Position numbers and translations under genes: made by a program
Shown: positions 28,134 to 38,119 of the stretch, piece by piece
How positions within the stretch are numbered: position 1 is the stretch's first letter
How the letters are laid out: the number at the start of each line of letters is the position of its first letter
Notes under the pieces: model-generated
What the model was told of the DNA's origin: nothing
Database searches by the model: none
What the model saw: only the letters and a program-made list of their open reading frames with translations
Origin: Candidatus Saccharimonadota bacterium
Lineage (GTDB): Bacteria > Patescibacteriota > Saccharimonadia > Saccharimonadales > SLHW01
Direction of reading: 5' to 3'
Assembly: GCA_024635455.1 (NCBI GenBank)
Contig: JAGXIU010000002.1
Coordinates: forward strand, 44,309-108,308
DNA: 64,000 nt

Positions 28134-29333
28134 TTATCTGCTCAAAAAATCGTCAGAACTCAAAATTGTCACATCGCTCATTCGATTGAGCACATTCGTC
28201 ACCCGCTCACGCTCAGCTTGCACACTTGTATCTAATTGATTGCGCTGGAAGTAGCCGTCGTCGACCTCATCCAGCGTATACATTTGCAGGTTATCACGAG
28301 CTAACAGGTTCTGCGCCTGCGCATCCTCAACCGACCATTCGTAGTGCGAGTAAGTTGGCAAAAAACCCAGACTTTCTAGCTCGAGTGTTTCTATATTAAT
28401 ATCCATCACCGCAAAACCACCGACTAATGTATTAGCCGGAATTTGTGTGTTCAGGAAGTTCCCAAGTGAATACCAGACAACAGCTTGTCGCCCATCACTA
28501 GTGTCAATTCGCTCAACTGGTTGCAGTACATGTGGCCCATGACCGAACACATAATCTGCACCGGCCTCAGCAACTGTACGCGCAATACCGCTGTCTCTCG
28601 CGTTGGGTGCATCAGCATATTCATCACCCCAGCGCATGCTTACCAACACAATGTCAGCATTATCTGCTGCTTCACGTATCTCTCGCGTTGCTGTCTGTTC
28701 ATCGTATTGCACGAGACTGTAGGTATTAGGGACTAGATCGTTGCTGTACGTACTGTATGAGAGAAAGGCAAAGCGAACACCGGCTATCTCAAAATACGCA
28801 ATTTGTTCACGCTCCTCCTGAGACTGATGCGCACCAGCAATCGCTAGCACGTCACGGTTCTGCCAATCAGCCACCATAGCGTCAACCAATGCCTCACCTT
28901 TGTCGTAGGTATGGTTTGTCCCCAGATTAATAACGTTGCAACCAACTTGCTCCATACCATCATGCCACTCGAATGGTGCGTTAAATACTGGGTATCCCGA
29001 TATACCGAATTGCTCCCCGCCAGCTGGCGTTGCCTCGTTACAAAACGATACGTCTGCTTGAGTAAAATACGGTTGCATATTCTGCATCAACGAATAAAAG
29101 TCGTAGCCATCACCTGTTTCTGCATTGGCGATCACTGAATCGTGCGCAATCATATCACCCGTTGCCACTAAACGAAACGTGCTACGACCTTCATCCGCTG
29201 AAGAATCATCTGAACTATTCTGTGCCTCATCCTGCTCAACAGTACTCTCACGTTGCTGCGCATATAAAGCTACAGCAGCCAGAAGAACTATGAGAAATAA
29301 AACGATACCTATGTAGCGTTTTTTTCTATTCAT
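28134..29333 (-). CDS. CapA-family (poly-gamma-glutamate synthesis / metallophosphatase-like) protein
   Basis: It has FRLVATGDMIAHD and NLGTNHTYDKG motifs. An N-terminal TM segment follows MNRKKRY, and the start is ATG 29333. Confidence 0.78.
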   Translation of the reverse strand: MNRKKRYIGIVLFLIVLLAAVALYAQQRESTVEQDEAQNSSDDSSADEGRSTFRLVATGDMIAHDSVIANAETGDGYDFYSLMQNMQPYFTQADVSFCNEATPAGGEQFGISGYPVFNAPFEWHDGMEQVGCNVINLGTNHTYDKGEALVDAMVADWQNRDVLAIAGAHQSQEEREQIAYFEIAGVRFAFLSYSTYSNDLVPNTYSLVQYDEQTATREIREAADNADIVLVSMRWGDEYADAPNARDSGIARTVAEAGADYVFGHGPHVLQPVERIDTSDGRQAVVWYSLGNFLNTQIPANTLVGGFAVMDINIETLELESLGFLPTYSHYEWSVEDAQAQNLLARDNLQMYTLDEVDDGYFQRNQLDTSVQAERERVTNVLNRMSDVTILSSDDFLSR

Positions 29334-29733
29334 CTTTACTGCCCTCTGCTTCTTCAAAAGAAAGTGCACATGAATTAATGCAGTAGCGTTTGCCTGTCGG
29401 CTGATCAATGGCATCATCAAATACATGCCCGAGGTGACCGTTGCAGTTAGCACAAACAACTTCTACCCGCTGCATGCCGTTACTGCTATCGTCTTGGAGC
29501 TTTACGTTGCCATATTGTGCGACGTCCCAAAAACTCGGCCATCCCGACTTAGAGTCAAACTTATGCTGGCTCGAAAAAAGCTTTGAGCCGCATCCGGCGC
29601 ATACATATGTGCCCGATACGTCATTGTGTACGAGCTTGCCAGAGAATGGTGGCTCAGTGCCCCGCTTGCGCAGCACATCATACTGCGATGGTGTTAAGTG
29701 TTGTCTCCAGTAGGCTTCGTCTTTACCGGGCAT
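29326..29733 (-). CDS. msrB: peptide-methionine (R)-S-oxide reductase
   Basis: It has two CxxC pairs (CAGCGSKLF and CANCNGHLGHVF) and RYCINS. Confidence 0.92.
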   Translation of the reverse strand: MPGKDEAYWRQHLTPSQYDVLRKRGTEPPFSGKLVHNDVSGTYVCAGCGSKLFSSQHKFDSKSGWPSFWDVAQYGNVKLQDDSSNGMQRVEVVCANCNGHLGHVFDDAIDQPTGKRYCINSCALSFEEAEGSKDE

Positions 29734-29738
29734 TGTAC

Positions 29739-30032
29739 CTACGACTTATTCTTATAGCTAATAACAATTTTCCGAAACGATATAACGATACGCGCCAGCA
29801 CTTCTAGTACTATGACCTGCAATATAAACAACATAGCTGGCTCAAACAAAGATGCTCGCCAGTCATAGATTGAACCTGCTTTGACGCCAATGTCGCCATT
29901 GATAATACTAGAGAATAGCGACGACAAGCCAAGTGCAACCACCGACATGAACTGCGCGAGAGCTAGACCAAGTGCGACTGCCAATATGATTGAGGTCACG
30001 TCTTTGCGCTGCAATATCCGAATAAATACCAT
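29739..30032 (-). CDS. hypothetical small membrane protein
   Basis: 97 aa with 2-3 hydrophobic segments. It sits 6 nt upstream of msrB. Confidence 0.5.
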   Translation of the reverse strand: MVFIRILQRKDVTSIILAVALGLALAQFMSVVALGLSSLFSSIINGDIGVKAGSIYDWRASLFEPAMLFILQVIVLEVLARIVISFRKIVISYKNKS

Positions 30033-30062
30033 GTTTTCCTCCTCGTTTCTAGACGTATTGTA

Positions 30063-31271
30063 TCAGTTATCTTCTGAAAGCCGCTTTAAGGCAGTGTAGA
30101 AGGCAGCCTCCTTGAGGCAGATATCTCGGTTCGTGGCGTCAGTTGTCACTTGATCGACGGCGTCGCGCAGATAGGTTTCGATTTTGCTCAAGACTGTCTG
30201 CTCATCCCAGTGCTCCCCTGCCCGGTTTTGTTGCCACTCCAGTAAGCTAGCTGTAACACCGCCGGCATTGGCCAAGATATCAGGAATGATGATAACGCCT
30301 TTTTTGGTTAAGTAGTCATGCGCCTCGAGAGTAACCGGACCATTGGCAAGCTCCAAAATATACTTGGCACGAACGTCTTTCATATTGTCTTTGTTGATTA
30401 CTCCACCGAGTGCCGCCAAAACTAGGATGTCGACTTCCTCGCGTAGAAGTTCTTCATTGGTTATATGAATAGTGTCTTGACTGTCATAGTCTCGAAACTT
30501 TTTCTCTTGCTGGCGGATTTTAGCCATTTCAGTTGCACTAAGCCCAAAACCTGAACTCAAACCACCGCTAGAATCGGCTGCAGCGACCAGTAAAACCTGA
30601 GGTAGAAGCTTCTCTTCCCGGAACATAAAGTGCGTCCCGACATTGCCGACGCCCTGGATGGCGTAGGTCATGTCTTTTTTATCATCGCCTTTCTGCTTGA
30701 GCACTTCACTCAGCACGTCAGCGCCACCATACCCGGTTGCCGCCGCACGACCTTCAGATCCACCATTGGCAATGGACTTGCCTGTCATGACAGCCCTGGA
30801 GATATCACCGGTCAGCTGTTCATATTCATCAACCATCCAGTCAATAATCTTGGCGTTGGTATTGACGTCTGGTGCCGCAACATCAGTATCAGGACCAATG
30901 TGTTTCTGCAGTTTGCGGACGAAGTCACGCGATAGCTCTTCCAGCTCTGATTCCGTGAGTTCTTTGGGGTTAACCGCGACACCGCCTTTCCCGCCCCCAA
31001 AAGGCAGTGCCGTGACCGCATTTTTGACCGTCATCAAAGTCGCCAAAGCTTGTACCTCATCTTTGTCGACCTCTGGATGAAAGCGAATACCGCCCTTGTA
31101 CGGGCCGCGCCGGTTATCATGCTGGATGCGGAAAGCCGAGTAGGTTTTATTGCCGTCAGACACCTCAAACGTATGTATGTGATCAGCTGTTAAGAACTTT
31201 TTTATCATGTCGTCTGTCCAGTCAAGATCTTTGGCAGCTCGAGTAATAAATTCTTGGGCAGTCTCTAACAT
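30063..31271 (-). CDS. gdh: Glu/Leu/Phe/Val dehydrogenase family (glutamate dehydrogenase-like)
   Basis: It has GPYKGGIRFHPEV, LPFGGGKGGV and the Rossmann motif IQGVGNVG. Confidence 0.88.
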   Translation of the reverse strand: MLETAQEFITRAAKDLDWTDDMIKKFLTADHIHTFEVSDGNKTYSAFRIQHDNRRGPYKGGIRFHPEVDKDEVQALATLMTVKNAVTALPFGGGKGGVAVNPKELTESELEELSRDFVRKLQKHIGPDTDVAAPDVNTNAKIIDWMVDEYEQLTGDISRAVMTGKSIANGGSEGRAAATGYGGADVLSEVLKQKGDDKKDMTYAIQGVGNVGTHFMFREEKLLPQVLLVAAADSSGGLSSGFGLSATEMAKIRQQEKKFRDYDSQDTIHITNEELLREEVDILVLAALGGVINKDNMKDVRAKYILELANGPVTLEAHDYLTKKGVIIIPDILANAGGVTASLLEWQQNRAGEHWDEQTVLSKIETYLRDAVDQVTTDATNRDICLKEAAFYTALKRLSEDN

Positions 31272-31284
31272 GGGAACCTCTTTT

Positions 31285-32772
31285 CTATCGTGTATATTTT
31301 TTCAAAAAATCTTCTGCGCGGTAACTAATAATCCGCTTGCGATCCGCGTCAAGCTTATCTAATTGGGTTGTCATCATGTGTAAACGAGGGTTCTGGGCTA
31401 AACGCTCACGATGCTTTTCAACAAAACGCCAGTAGAGTCCATCCCAGATATCAGACCATCCACCGTGTTCATAATGACTCATATTCAATATGTAGTTACT
31501 CGAGCTTACATACGGCTTGGTAATAATAGAGCCGCTGTCGGCAAACTGACTCATACCGTAAACGTTCGGCACCATGACCCAGTCATAAGCGTCCACGAAC
31601 AACTCGCTGAACCAGCGATAGACCTCGTTCGGGTGAATATCTGATAACAGCATTAGGTTACCAGCTATCATCAACCGCTCGGCATGATGTGCATAGCCAT
31701 GTTTTTGCACCTTTTGTACCATGTCATCAAAGGGTGGTATACCCAACGTGCCGTCGAACCAAGCATCTGTGAGTTGGCGGGTATTCTTTAACGCATTCTT
31801 GCTGCGCATTTGACCACCCCGAGTCACATACACTCCTCGCATAAACTCGCGCCAGCCCAGCACTTGTCGAATAAAACTCTCGAGGCTCGCCAGTGGGACC
31901 TCTCGTTTGTGGTGCCGATCTAGTGCAGCAGTAACGATTTGATTAGGAGATAACAAGCCAATATTCAAAGCAGGAGTTAGCACGCTGTGGTATACCCAAG
32001 TCGCATTATTATCTATAGCGTCTTCATACGGACCAAACGAATCGAGACGATGCTCGACAAAATCCTCGAGCCACGCATTCGCTTCAGCGTGGTTTGTTGG
32101 CCAAACGAAATCAGTGCCGCCAGGATTATTTGGAAAGTTTTGCTCCACCCAGGTAGTTGCCTCTGCCACGTAATCATTACTACCGAACACTTCAAAGCTT
32201 GGTAGCTCATGCCCCTTGGGTAGTTTCTTGCGATTTTCGCCATCAAAACTCCACTTACCACCCAATGGTTTGTAGTGCGCATTAATCAGTATGTTGAACC
32301 GTTCGCGTTGCCACTGATAAAAATCATCAAACAAGTGCTGATGTGACTCACCAAAATATGAGCGCACATCTTGGTCTGACAGAAAAAAGTTAGGTGAGGT
32401 CAGCAGCTCAAGCTCAGCGTTTATAGCATGCTCTCGTCGTGACCGTAATAATCGCTTGAGCAGCACATCATCAACCGGATCAAATGCATATATCTGTTGT
32501 GCCTCAGAAACTCGTTGCATGATATCTGCGGTCTGTAATAACGGATCAAGCTCGATGTACTCTACCTTGTAGCCGGCAGGCCATAATACTTCCTGGACAT
32601 AGCGGCGCATGCTGGCGCGATGCAATATAAGTTTTTGTTTGTGCATCCGGAGTGGATACTCACTATCAACACCGAAATACAACGGATCTTCGACTAGAAA
32701 AACTGTGTCTACTTCTGGTAGAAACTCGACTGGATATAATTGATGTGGATATAGGATAAGTGTTGATTTCAT
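31285..32772 (-). CDS. cryptochrome/photolyase-family protein (COG3046, FeS-BCP/(6-4) photolyase-like)
   Basis: 495 aa. The N-terminus (LILYPHQLY) and C-terminal half (ERLMIAGNLMLL, WFSELFVDAYDWVMVPNVYGMSQFADGG-like) match this family. Confidence 0.78.
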   Translation of the reverse strand: MKSTLILYPHQLYPVEFLPEVDTVFLVEDPLYFGVDSEYPLRMHKQKLILHRASMRRYVQEVLWPAGYKVEYIELDPLLQTADIMQRVSEAQQIYAFDPVDDVLLKRLLRSRREHAINAELELLTSPNFFLSDQDVRSYFGESHQHLFDDFYQWQRERFNILINAHYKPLGGKWSFDGENRKKLPKGHELPSFEVFGSNDYVAEATTWVEQNFPNNPGGTDFVWPTNHAEANAWLEDFVEHRLDSFGPYEDAIDNNATWVYHSVLTPALNIGLLSPNQIVTAALDRHHKREVPLASLESFIRQVLGWREFMRGVYVTRGGQMRSKNALKNTRQLTDAWFDGTLGIPPFDDMVQKVQKHGYAHHAERLMIAGNLMLLSDIHPNEVYRWFSELFVDAYDWVMVPNVYGMSQFADSGSIITKPYVSSSNYILNMSHYEHGGWSDIWDGLYWRFVEKHRERLAQNPRLHMMTTQLDKLDADRKRIISYRAEDFLKKYTR

Positions 32773-32782
32773 AATTTCTCCG

Positions 32783-34432
32783 TTACATTTTTTCTATAGC
32801 AGGAATACCGAGTAGAGTTAAGCCGTTTTCAAGAACTGCTTGATACTTCCGAACGAGCTCGATGCGGTTAACCTCTCTTTCACTCCCAATAACCTGATTA
32901 TCTTCGTAGAAACGATTAAATTCTTTGCATAACTCATACAGATACGTACAAATAAGATGTGGCTGCAGAGATGCTACAGCAGCATCCAGCACACCAGAAT
33001 AATGACTCAGCTTACGAGCCAGAGTTCGCTCACTCGGAGTATATTCTGCTGGATAAAGCGGCACATCACGCGACTGGATTGACTTGCGTAGTATCGAGCA
33101 AGCACGAACATGCGCATACTGTAAATAAATACCGGAATTACCATGTATGCTAACTGACTCATTGATATCAAATACTACGTCGCTACCGCTTCGAACCTTC
33201 AGGAATTCATAGCGTAAAGCTGCCTGAACTATCTCGTCTGTTGCGAGACTTTCTTCGGTTTTTATGGCGTCAGCTATTTGGTTAAATAACCATTGTATCT
33301 CTATGACATCGCCATCACGTGAACTCATCTTTCCACTTGTAAGCTTTACTGTTCCAGTTGATATATTTTCGGTTACCCCGCCAAGATCCGGCAGGCATAG
33401 TTCGGCAGCCTTAATCACTCCCTGAAAATAGGCTTTTTGCTCCTCTGCGGTTACGATATAACTCTTGTCAGGATGAAAATCTCGCTGCTTCAACTGCATC
33501 AGACCAAGATCACGAGCACCATATAGACTATTACCAGCTGAGGAAATAAAAGCGCTGTCAAATGAACCGTACTGCTCGCCCGGAAACACGACCGCGCCTT
33601 GGCTCTCTACAAATACATCTCCTATGTTTTCTCTGACTGTTTTTGCACCAAGAATGTCCGTTTGACTTTCTAGGTAGCGACCGTTTTCTGCGATAGCCTG
33701 GTTGCCGATTCGCCCCACAATCTGATCAATCTCTTCAAAACTCCATGCCTTACAAAGCTCATACGTTTCCCTATATATTCCCTCTGGTGGATTGAATGAC
33801 TGCTTAGCTAGCTCGTTGATTTTTTCTCTAGCGGCGTCATCTTCTTTATAGGCTTTGGCTCCTTCGGCATACATCCGTGACATAAAGTTATTCCGCTCAG
33901 CCTTTGGTATAGCATGTAGCTTCTCTATATCGCCACCAATGTAGCTCAATATACTGTACATACTTTTGCCGACATGAGCGCCCACGTCACCGTGATAGCT
34001 CACTCTGAATGTTTCTGCGCCACCAGCTTCAATAATGTTCGCTATGGTGTCTGCCAATATTGCATTATAGGCGTGACCAATGTGCATAGCCTTAAATGGA
34101 TTTGGATTATTTGTTTCTATAACTACACGTTTTTCTGTGTGTTTGCATGGCTTTAGACTAATAGCTTCTTTCAAGGAAGTGTCAGTAAGACGTATATTGA
34201 TAAAGCCAGGGCCAGCAATAGTCATCTCGGCAATTGCCTCGTGGTCTAGCTTCTCTACTAGGCCCTCCGCAATTTCACGCGGATTTTTATCTAGCGGCTT
34301 AGCTAAGCGCAGGGCAACGTTCGTGCTGTAATCACCAAACTTTTCCTCAGGAATTTCTAATACAACATCGACTTGTTGGCCGAACAATTCTTCTACAACC
34401 CTCGCTATATGTTTCTGTATGTCTTCTTGCAT
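32783..34432 (-). CDS. argS: arginine--tRNA ligase
   Basis: 549 aa. It has the HIGH-type motif NPFKAMHIGHAYN, an MSSR (KMSKS-like) motif, and a C-terminal ...IEKM. Confidence 0.95.
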   Translation of the reverse strand: MQEDIQKHIARVVEELFGQQVDVVLEIPEEKFGDYSTNVALRLAKPLDKNPREIAEGLVEKLDHEAIAEMTIAGPGFINIRLTDTSLKEAISLKPCKHTEKRVVIETNNPNPFKAMHIGHAYNAILADTIANIIEAGGAETFRVSYHGDVGAHVGKSMYSILSYIGGDIEKLHAIPKAERNNFMSRMYAEGAKAYKEDDAAREKINELAKQSFNPPEGIYRETYELCKAWSFEEIDQIVGRIGNQAIAENGRYLESQTDILGAKTVRENIGDVFVESQGAVVFPGEQYGSFDSAFISSAGNSLYGARDLGLMQLKQRDFHPDKSYIVTAEEQKAYFQGVIKAAELCLPDLGGVTENISTGTVKLTSGKMSSRDGDVIEIQWLFNQIADAIKTEESLATDEIVQAALRYEFLKVRSGSDVVFDINESVSIHGNSGIYLQYAHVRACSILRKSIQSRDVPLYPAEYTPSERTLARKLSHYSGVLDAAVASLQPHLICTYLYELCKEFNRFYEDNQVIGSEREVNRIELVRKYQAVLENGLTLLGIPAIEKM

Positions 34433-34523
34433 GCGATATGCTCTAGTATATCAGTTGAGCGACTAATTTTCTGCCACTACTATGATGATGTTACGCTACT
34501 AATACTAAAGGAAGGATGGTTTC

Positions 34524-35081
34524 GTGAAAATATTACTCATATTCGGCAGTACGCGCATAGAACGTCATGGAGAAGTTGTTTTTAACTGGGTGAAAGAGCA
34601 AATCAATGCACGTGACGATATTGAGCTAGATGCAGTAGATTTACGAGATGTACCGCTACCGTTCTATGATGAGCCTGAATCTATTGGCGCGTTAGATGGT
34701 AAGTTTAATCACGAAATTGGAAAAGAATGGAATGAGCGTGTATCAGCAGCGGATGGCTTTATTATGATTACGCCTGAGTACAATCACGGACCGTCAGCTG
34801 TCTTAAAAAACGCAATTGATTATGCCTGGGCTGGCTGGAACTATAAGCCAGTTAGCTTCATTAGTTATAGCAACGGCATGATTGCGGGTGCACGAGCCAC
34901 TGAACAGCTCCGATTAATTGCCAGTGGCGTAAAGCTACTGCCCCTCCCTACTGCCACACACATACCAATGCTGGCCGATGCATTCGATGAAGCTGGTCGA
35001 CCCACAAACGATAAAACCACTCAATCACTTGACTCTGTACTCAAAGAACTTACAACGGTCGGTCAAAAACTTGCCGCCTAA
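34524..35081 (+). CDS. NAD(P)H-dependent FMN reductase family protein
   Basis: It has KILLIFGSTR and ITPEYNHGPSAVLKNAIDY. The start is GTG, with AAGGAAGGA upstream. Confidence 0.8.
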   Translation: MKILLIFGSTRIERHGEVVFNWVKEQINARDDIELDAVDLRDVPLPFYDEPESIGALDGKFNHEIGKEWNERVSAADGFIMITPEYNHGPSAVLKNAIDYAWAGWNYKPVSFISYSNGMIAGARATEQLRLIASGVKLLPLPTATHIPMLADAFDEAGRPTNDKTTQSLDSVLKELTTVGQKLAA

Positions 35082-35120
35082 TCTGCACGAATACGTCATA
35101 GTCATATATACTAATGAGCA

Positions 35121-35771
35121 ATGAAGTGGATACACCGTAGCCTAGACAGTGCACGCGATACGGTTCGAGGATGGATGAATCATGTTGCTGAAGCGCTCGA
35201 CAAACTCTCTGGCGGTTCGCTCAAGCCGAACACCATTACCTATATTGGGTTCTTGATGCATATTCCCGTAGCGATGCTGATTGCTACAAATCAGTTTGTG
35301 CTAGGTGCTATTACGCTTATCATATTTGGCCTGTTTGACGCGCTTGACGGAGCATTGGCCCGTATACAAAAAACCGATTCTGCTGGCGGCATGCTACTTG
35401 ATGCCAGCACTGATCGCATGAAAGAAGTTTTGTTATACGTTGGCGTGGCTTATGTCCTTATTAACAACGGAGCCGAACTAGCTGCTGTTTGGGCGGTCGC
35501 TGCATGCGGTGCAAGTATTTGCGTCAGCTACGTTAAGGCCAAGGGAGAGGCTGCGATTTCAACGCTGCAGACTATTTCAGCAAAAGAAGTAAATAATCTG
35601 TTCAAAGACGGCTTGCTACGCTTTGAAGTGCGTATGTTTTTTCTAATTGTCGGCCTCCTAACGAATCAGTTGGTCATTGCACTGATTATCATAACCACGC
35701 TCTCGACCTATACTGCGTTTGATCGGTTGCTGCGCATTCAACGAACACTTGATGAGGCATCTCGTGTTTAA
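35121..35771 (+). CDS. CDP-alcohol phosphatidyltransferase family protein
   Basis: The motif DALDGALARIQ...GGMLDASTDR follows the pattern D-x2-D-G-x2-A-R...G-x3-D-x3-D. It is a multi-TM protein. Confidence 0.8.
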   Translation: MKWIHRSLDSARDTVRGWMNHVAEALDKLSGGSLKPNTITYIGFLMHIPVAMLIATNQFVLGAITLIIFGLFDALDGALARIQKTDSAGGMLLDASTDRMKEVLLYVGVAYVLINNGAELAAVWAVAACGASICVSYVKAKGEAAISTLQTISAKEVNNLFKDGLLRFEVRMFFLIVGLLTNQLVIALIIITTLSTYTAFDRLLRIQRTLDEASRV

Positions 35772-36408
35772 GGTTGATTTGCACACTCACTCATCTGCCT
35801 CGCACGATGGCGGTATAAAGCCAGAGCAGTATAAGCAGGTGCTAGAATCAGGGGTACTAGATTGTATCGCTGTAACTGATCATGGGCGTATCGATGCAGC
35901 ACAACAGCTACACGACGAACTAGGCGACAAGATTATCGTCGGCGAAGAAATCATGAGCCAGCAGGGCGAGATTATTGGCCTATATCTAAACAAGCCAGTC
36001 ATGAGTGGCTTAAGTGCTCATGAAACGGTGCAAGTTATACGAGACCAGGGTGGCATTGTCTATATTCCGCACCCGTTTGAAACCGTTCGTAAAGGCCTAC
36101 ACCCTGAGGTATTAGAAGAGCTTGAGATTGACATTATAGAAGTGTGCAACGGGCGAGCCTTCGCCCAAAACCGCTCTCAGCAAACAGTGGTATGGTCGCG
36201 GCTTAACCACGTATATGGAGCTGCCGCTAGTGATGCGCACGGCGTCAAAGGCCTTGGCAAAACCTACACCATGCTAGCAGAGATGCCGAGCAGGACCACA
36301 CTACGAGAACAAATGAAACAGGCTCGAGTTATTACCGAACGACCAGCACTGCGTAGCTTGCTCTACCCGAAATATCACAAAATACGCAAGAAAGTCCTCA
36401 GGAAATGA
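35752..36408 (+). CDS. PHP-domain metal-dependent phosphoesterase
   Basis: It has VDLHTHSSASHDG and IPHPFE motifs. The start is ambiguous (ATG 35752 or GTG 35764). It overlaps the end of the upstream gene. Confidence 0.72.
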   Translation: MRHLVFKVDLHTHSSASHDGGIKPEQYKQVLESGVLDCIAVTDHGRIDAAQQLHDELGDKIIVGEEIMSQQGEIIGLYLNKPVMSGLSAHETVQVIRDQGGIVYIPHPFETVRKGLHPEVLEELEIDIIEVCNGRAFAQNRSQQTVVWSRLNHVYGAAASDAHGVKGLGKTYTMLAEMPSRTTLREQMKQARVITERPALRSLLYPKYHKIRKKVLRK

Positions 36409-36935
36409 CTATGCTTTGGGAAGTGTTTTGGTTTTTCCTTCCAGCTGGCATAGCAAACATGGCGCCAATATTTGCCGTGCATATGCCCCTTCTCCGCCAC
36501 TGGAACACGCCACTGGATTTTGGCAAGTCATTCCATGGTAAACGTATATTCGGTGATAATAAAACGTGGCGCGGCCTCGTCTTTGGTGTGTTTTGCGCTA
36601 TAGTATTCGGACTGTTTCAGTATCGTGTAATTGCCTACTCGGCAGAATCAACCAGTTTCATTATCCTGGCCTCAGGATTACTAGGTTTTGGTGCATTAGC
36701 TGGAGATGCAATAGCAAGCTTCTTTAAGAGGCAAAGGAATATTCCTGCTGGATACAGCTGGATTCCAGTTGATCAGACAGACTACATCATTGGCGGACTT
36801 ATCATGGTATATCCACTAATACCTAAGCAACTGACTCTCACTATCGCGCTCATGACTGTAGCAATGTATATGTTGCTCCATGTAGCGGTAAGTTATTTTG
36901 GCTATTTGCTTGGCTTGAAGAAGAAACCTATCTAA
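36405..36935 (+). CDS. CDP-archaeol synthase (CarS/DUF46)-like membrane protein
   Basis: The sequences LPAGIANMAPIF...PLDFGKSFHGKRIFGDNKTWRGLVFG match my recollection of the CarS family signature. Its ATGA overlaps the PHP gene stop. Confidence 0.68.
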   Translation: MTMLWEVFWFFLPAGIANMAPIFAVHMPLLRHWNTPLDFGKSFHGKRIFGDNKTWRGLVFGVFCAIVFGLFQYRVIAYSAESTSFIILASGLLGFGALAGDAIASFFKRQRNIPAGYSWIPVDQTDYIIGGLIMVYPLIPKQLTLTIALMTVAMYMLLHVAVSYFGYLLGLKKKPI

Positions 36936-37981
36936 GAAGCTGTTAGTTCTTTCTTCAGCTTTTCTATCATGTCAACGGGTGTCGGATCAAGACCGTTGAG
37001 GAGCGCCACGTAAAGACTAACGAAATCACCCATGACTACACTCCAAAGCAACTGTTGCAGCTCATTATCACCCTGCACTTCGACAATTATTGGCGCAGGA
37101 CGTTGCCCAGATAATAGCTTTTCTGAAATAACGAAGCGCTTTTGCACACGCTCGTGTTCTATCGAGCTACGCAAATCAATTACTTTATACGGCTTTTTTT
37201 CCGGGTGGCTGGTCCACCCAAGAAACTCGTTATGATTAAACTCAGGAAACTGATTATACCAAGCGATGTTTTTAGCGTTTTCATTAAAACTAATCTTCCA
37301 CTTATAGGCTGCTGGCGATAGCTCCGGACCAGCATAGATGACCACTGAGCTACCGGCCACGTCCAGCGCTATTTGCTTCGCTAAGTTGTCGCTTGTTGGC
37401 ACTGTTGGTGACAAACGCTCAGACTGCTGGCCAAGCCAATCAGATACAGCACGCAGCTCTGCTAACTTTCCCGAGCCGATGAGCTCGCTTGGTTCGAGCA
37501 GATGAATAAGCGCAGTGTAGTTAAAGAGCATCGCCATGCGCGGCTGATAGCCTGTTGGTAATGTAAAGCAAGGATAGCCTGCTGCCTCAGCTCGCTGCTT
37601 TAGTTGACCACCTGAAGTCACCACTACAATCTGACAACCACGTGATTCTGCCGCATCAAGAGCACTAAGCGTTTCTTCTGTATTACCCGAGTAACTTGAG
37701 GCAATGAACAACGTGTTGCTATCCGCATAATTTGGTGCATCGTATGAACGCCAAACCTCAAGAGGTACAGTAGGCTTCGGCCAACTTGACAAGAAGCTGG
37801 CGGCTAAAGCAGATCCGCCCATGCCAGCCACAACAATATTGCGTACTGCACTAAAGTCAATCATAGATACATCTACATCGCTATAGTCATGTTGCAACTG
37901 CAAGTGCTGCTTTTGGGCGATGCCCAACGCATCTCCACTATCACGGTGATGGATAGCTTTTAGGTCATCAAGAACTGACAT
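36932..37981 (-). CDS. bifunctional phosphoglucose/phosphomannose isomerase (SIS domain, archaeal-type PGI/PMI)
   Basis: It has the SIS motifs VVAGMGGSALAA and FIASSYSGNTEETL, plus a C-terminal GLDPTPVDMIE. Confidence 0.8.
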   Translation of the reverse strand: MSVLDDLKAIHHRDSGDALGIAQKQHLQLQHDYSDVDVSMIDFSAVRNIVVAGMGGSALAASFLSSWPKPTVPLEVWRSYDAPNYADSNTLFIASSYSGNTEETLSALDAAESRGCQIVVVTSGGQLKQRAEAAGYPCFTLPTGYQPRMAMLFNYTALIHLLEPSELIGSGKLAELRAVSDWLGQQSERLSPTVPTSDNLAKQIALDVAGSSVVIYAGPELSPAAYKWKISFNENAKNIAWYNQFPEFNHNEFLGWTSHPEKKPYKVIDLRSSIEHERVQKRFVISEKLLSGQRPAPIIVEVQGDNELQQLLWSVVMGDFVSLYVALLNGLDPTPVDMIEKLKKELTAS

Positions 37982-38119
37982 GTGTATATCTCCTTTTTGG
38001 TATCAATACTTCCTAGTGTACGCATAGAGGGATAGACGAACAAGCAAATATGCTTGCACTTTTACCCTAATCCTCTTATGCTATAGAGTATATAAGAAGC
38101 AAATAATATAGGGGGTGGC

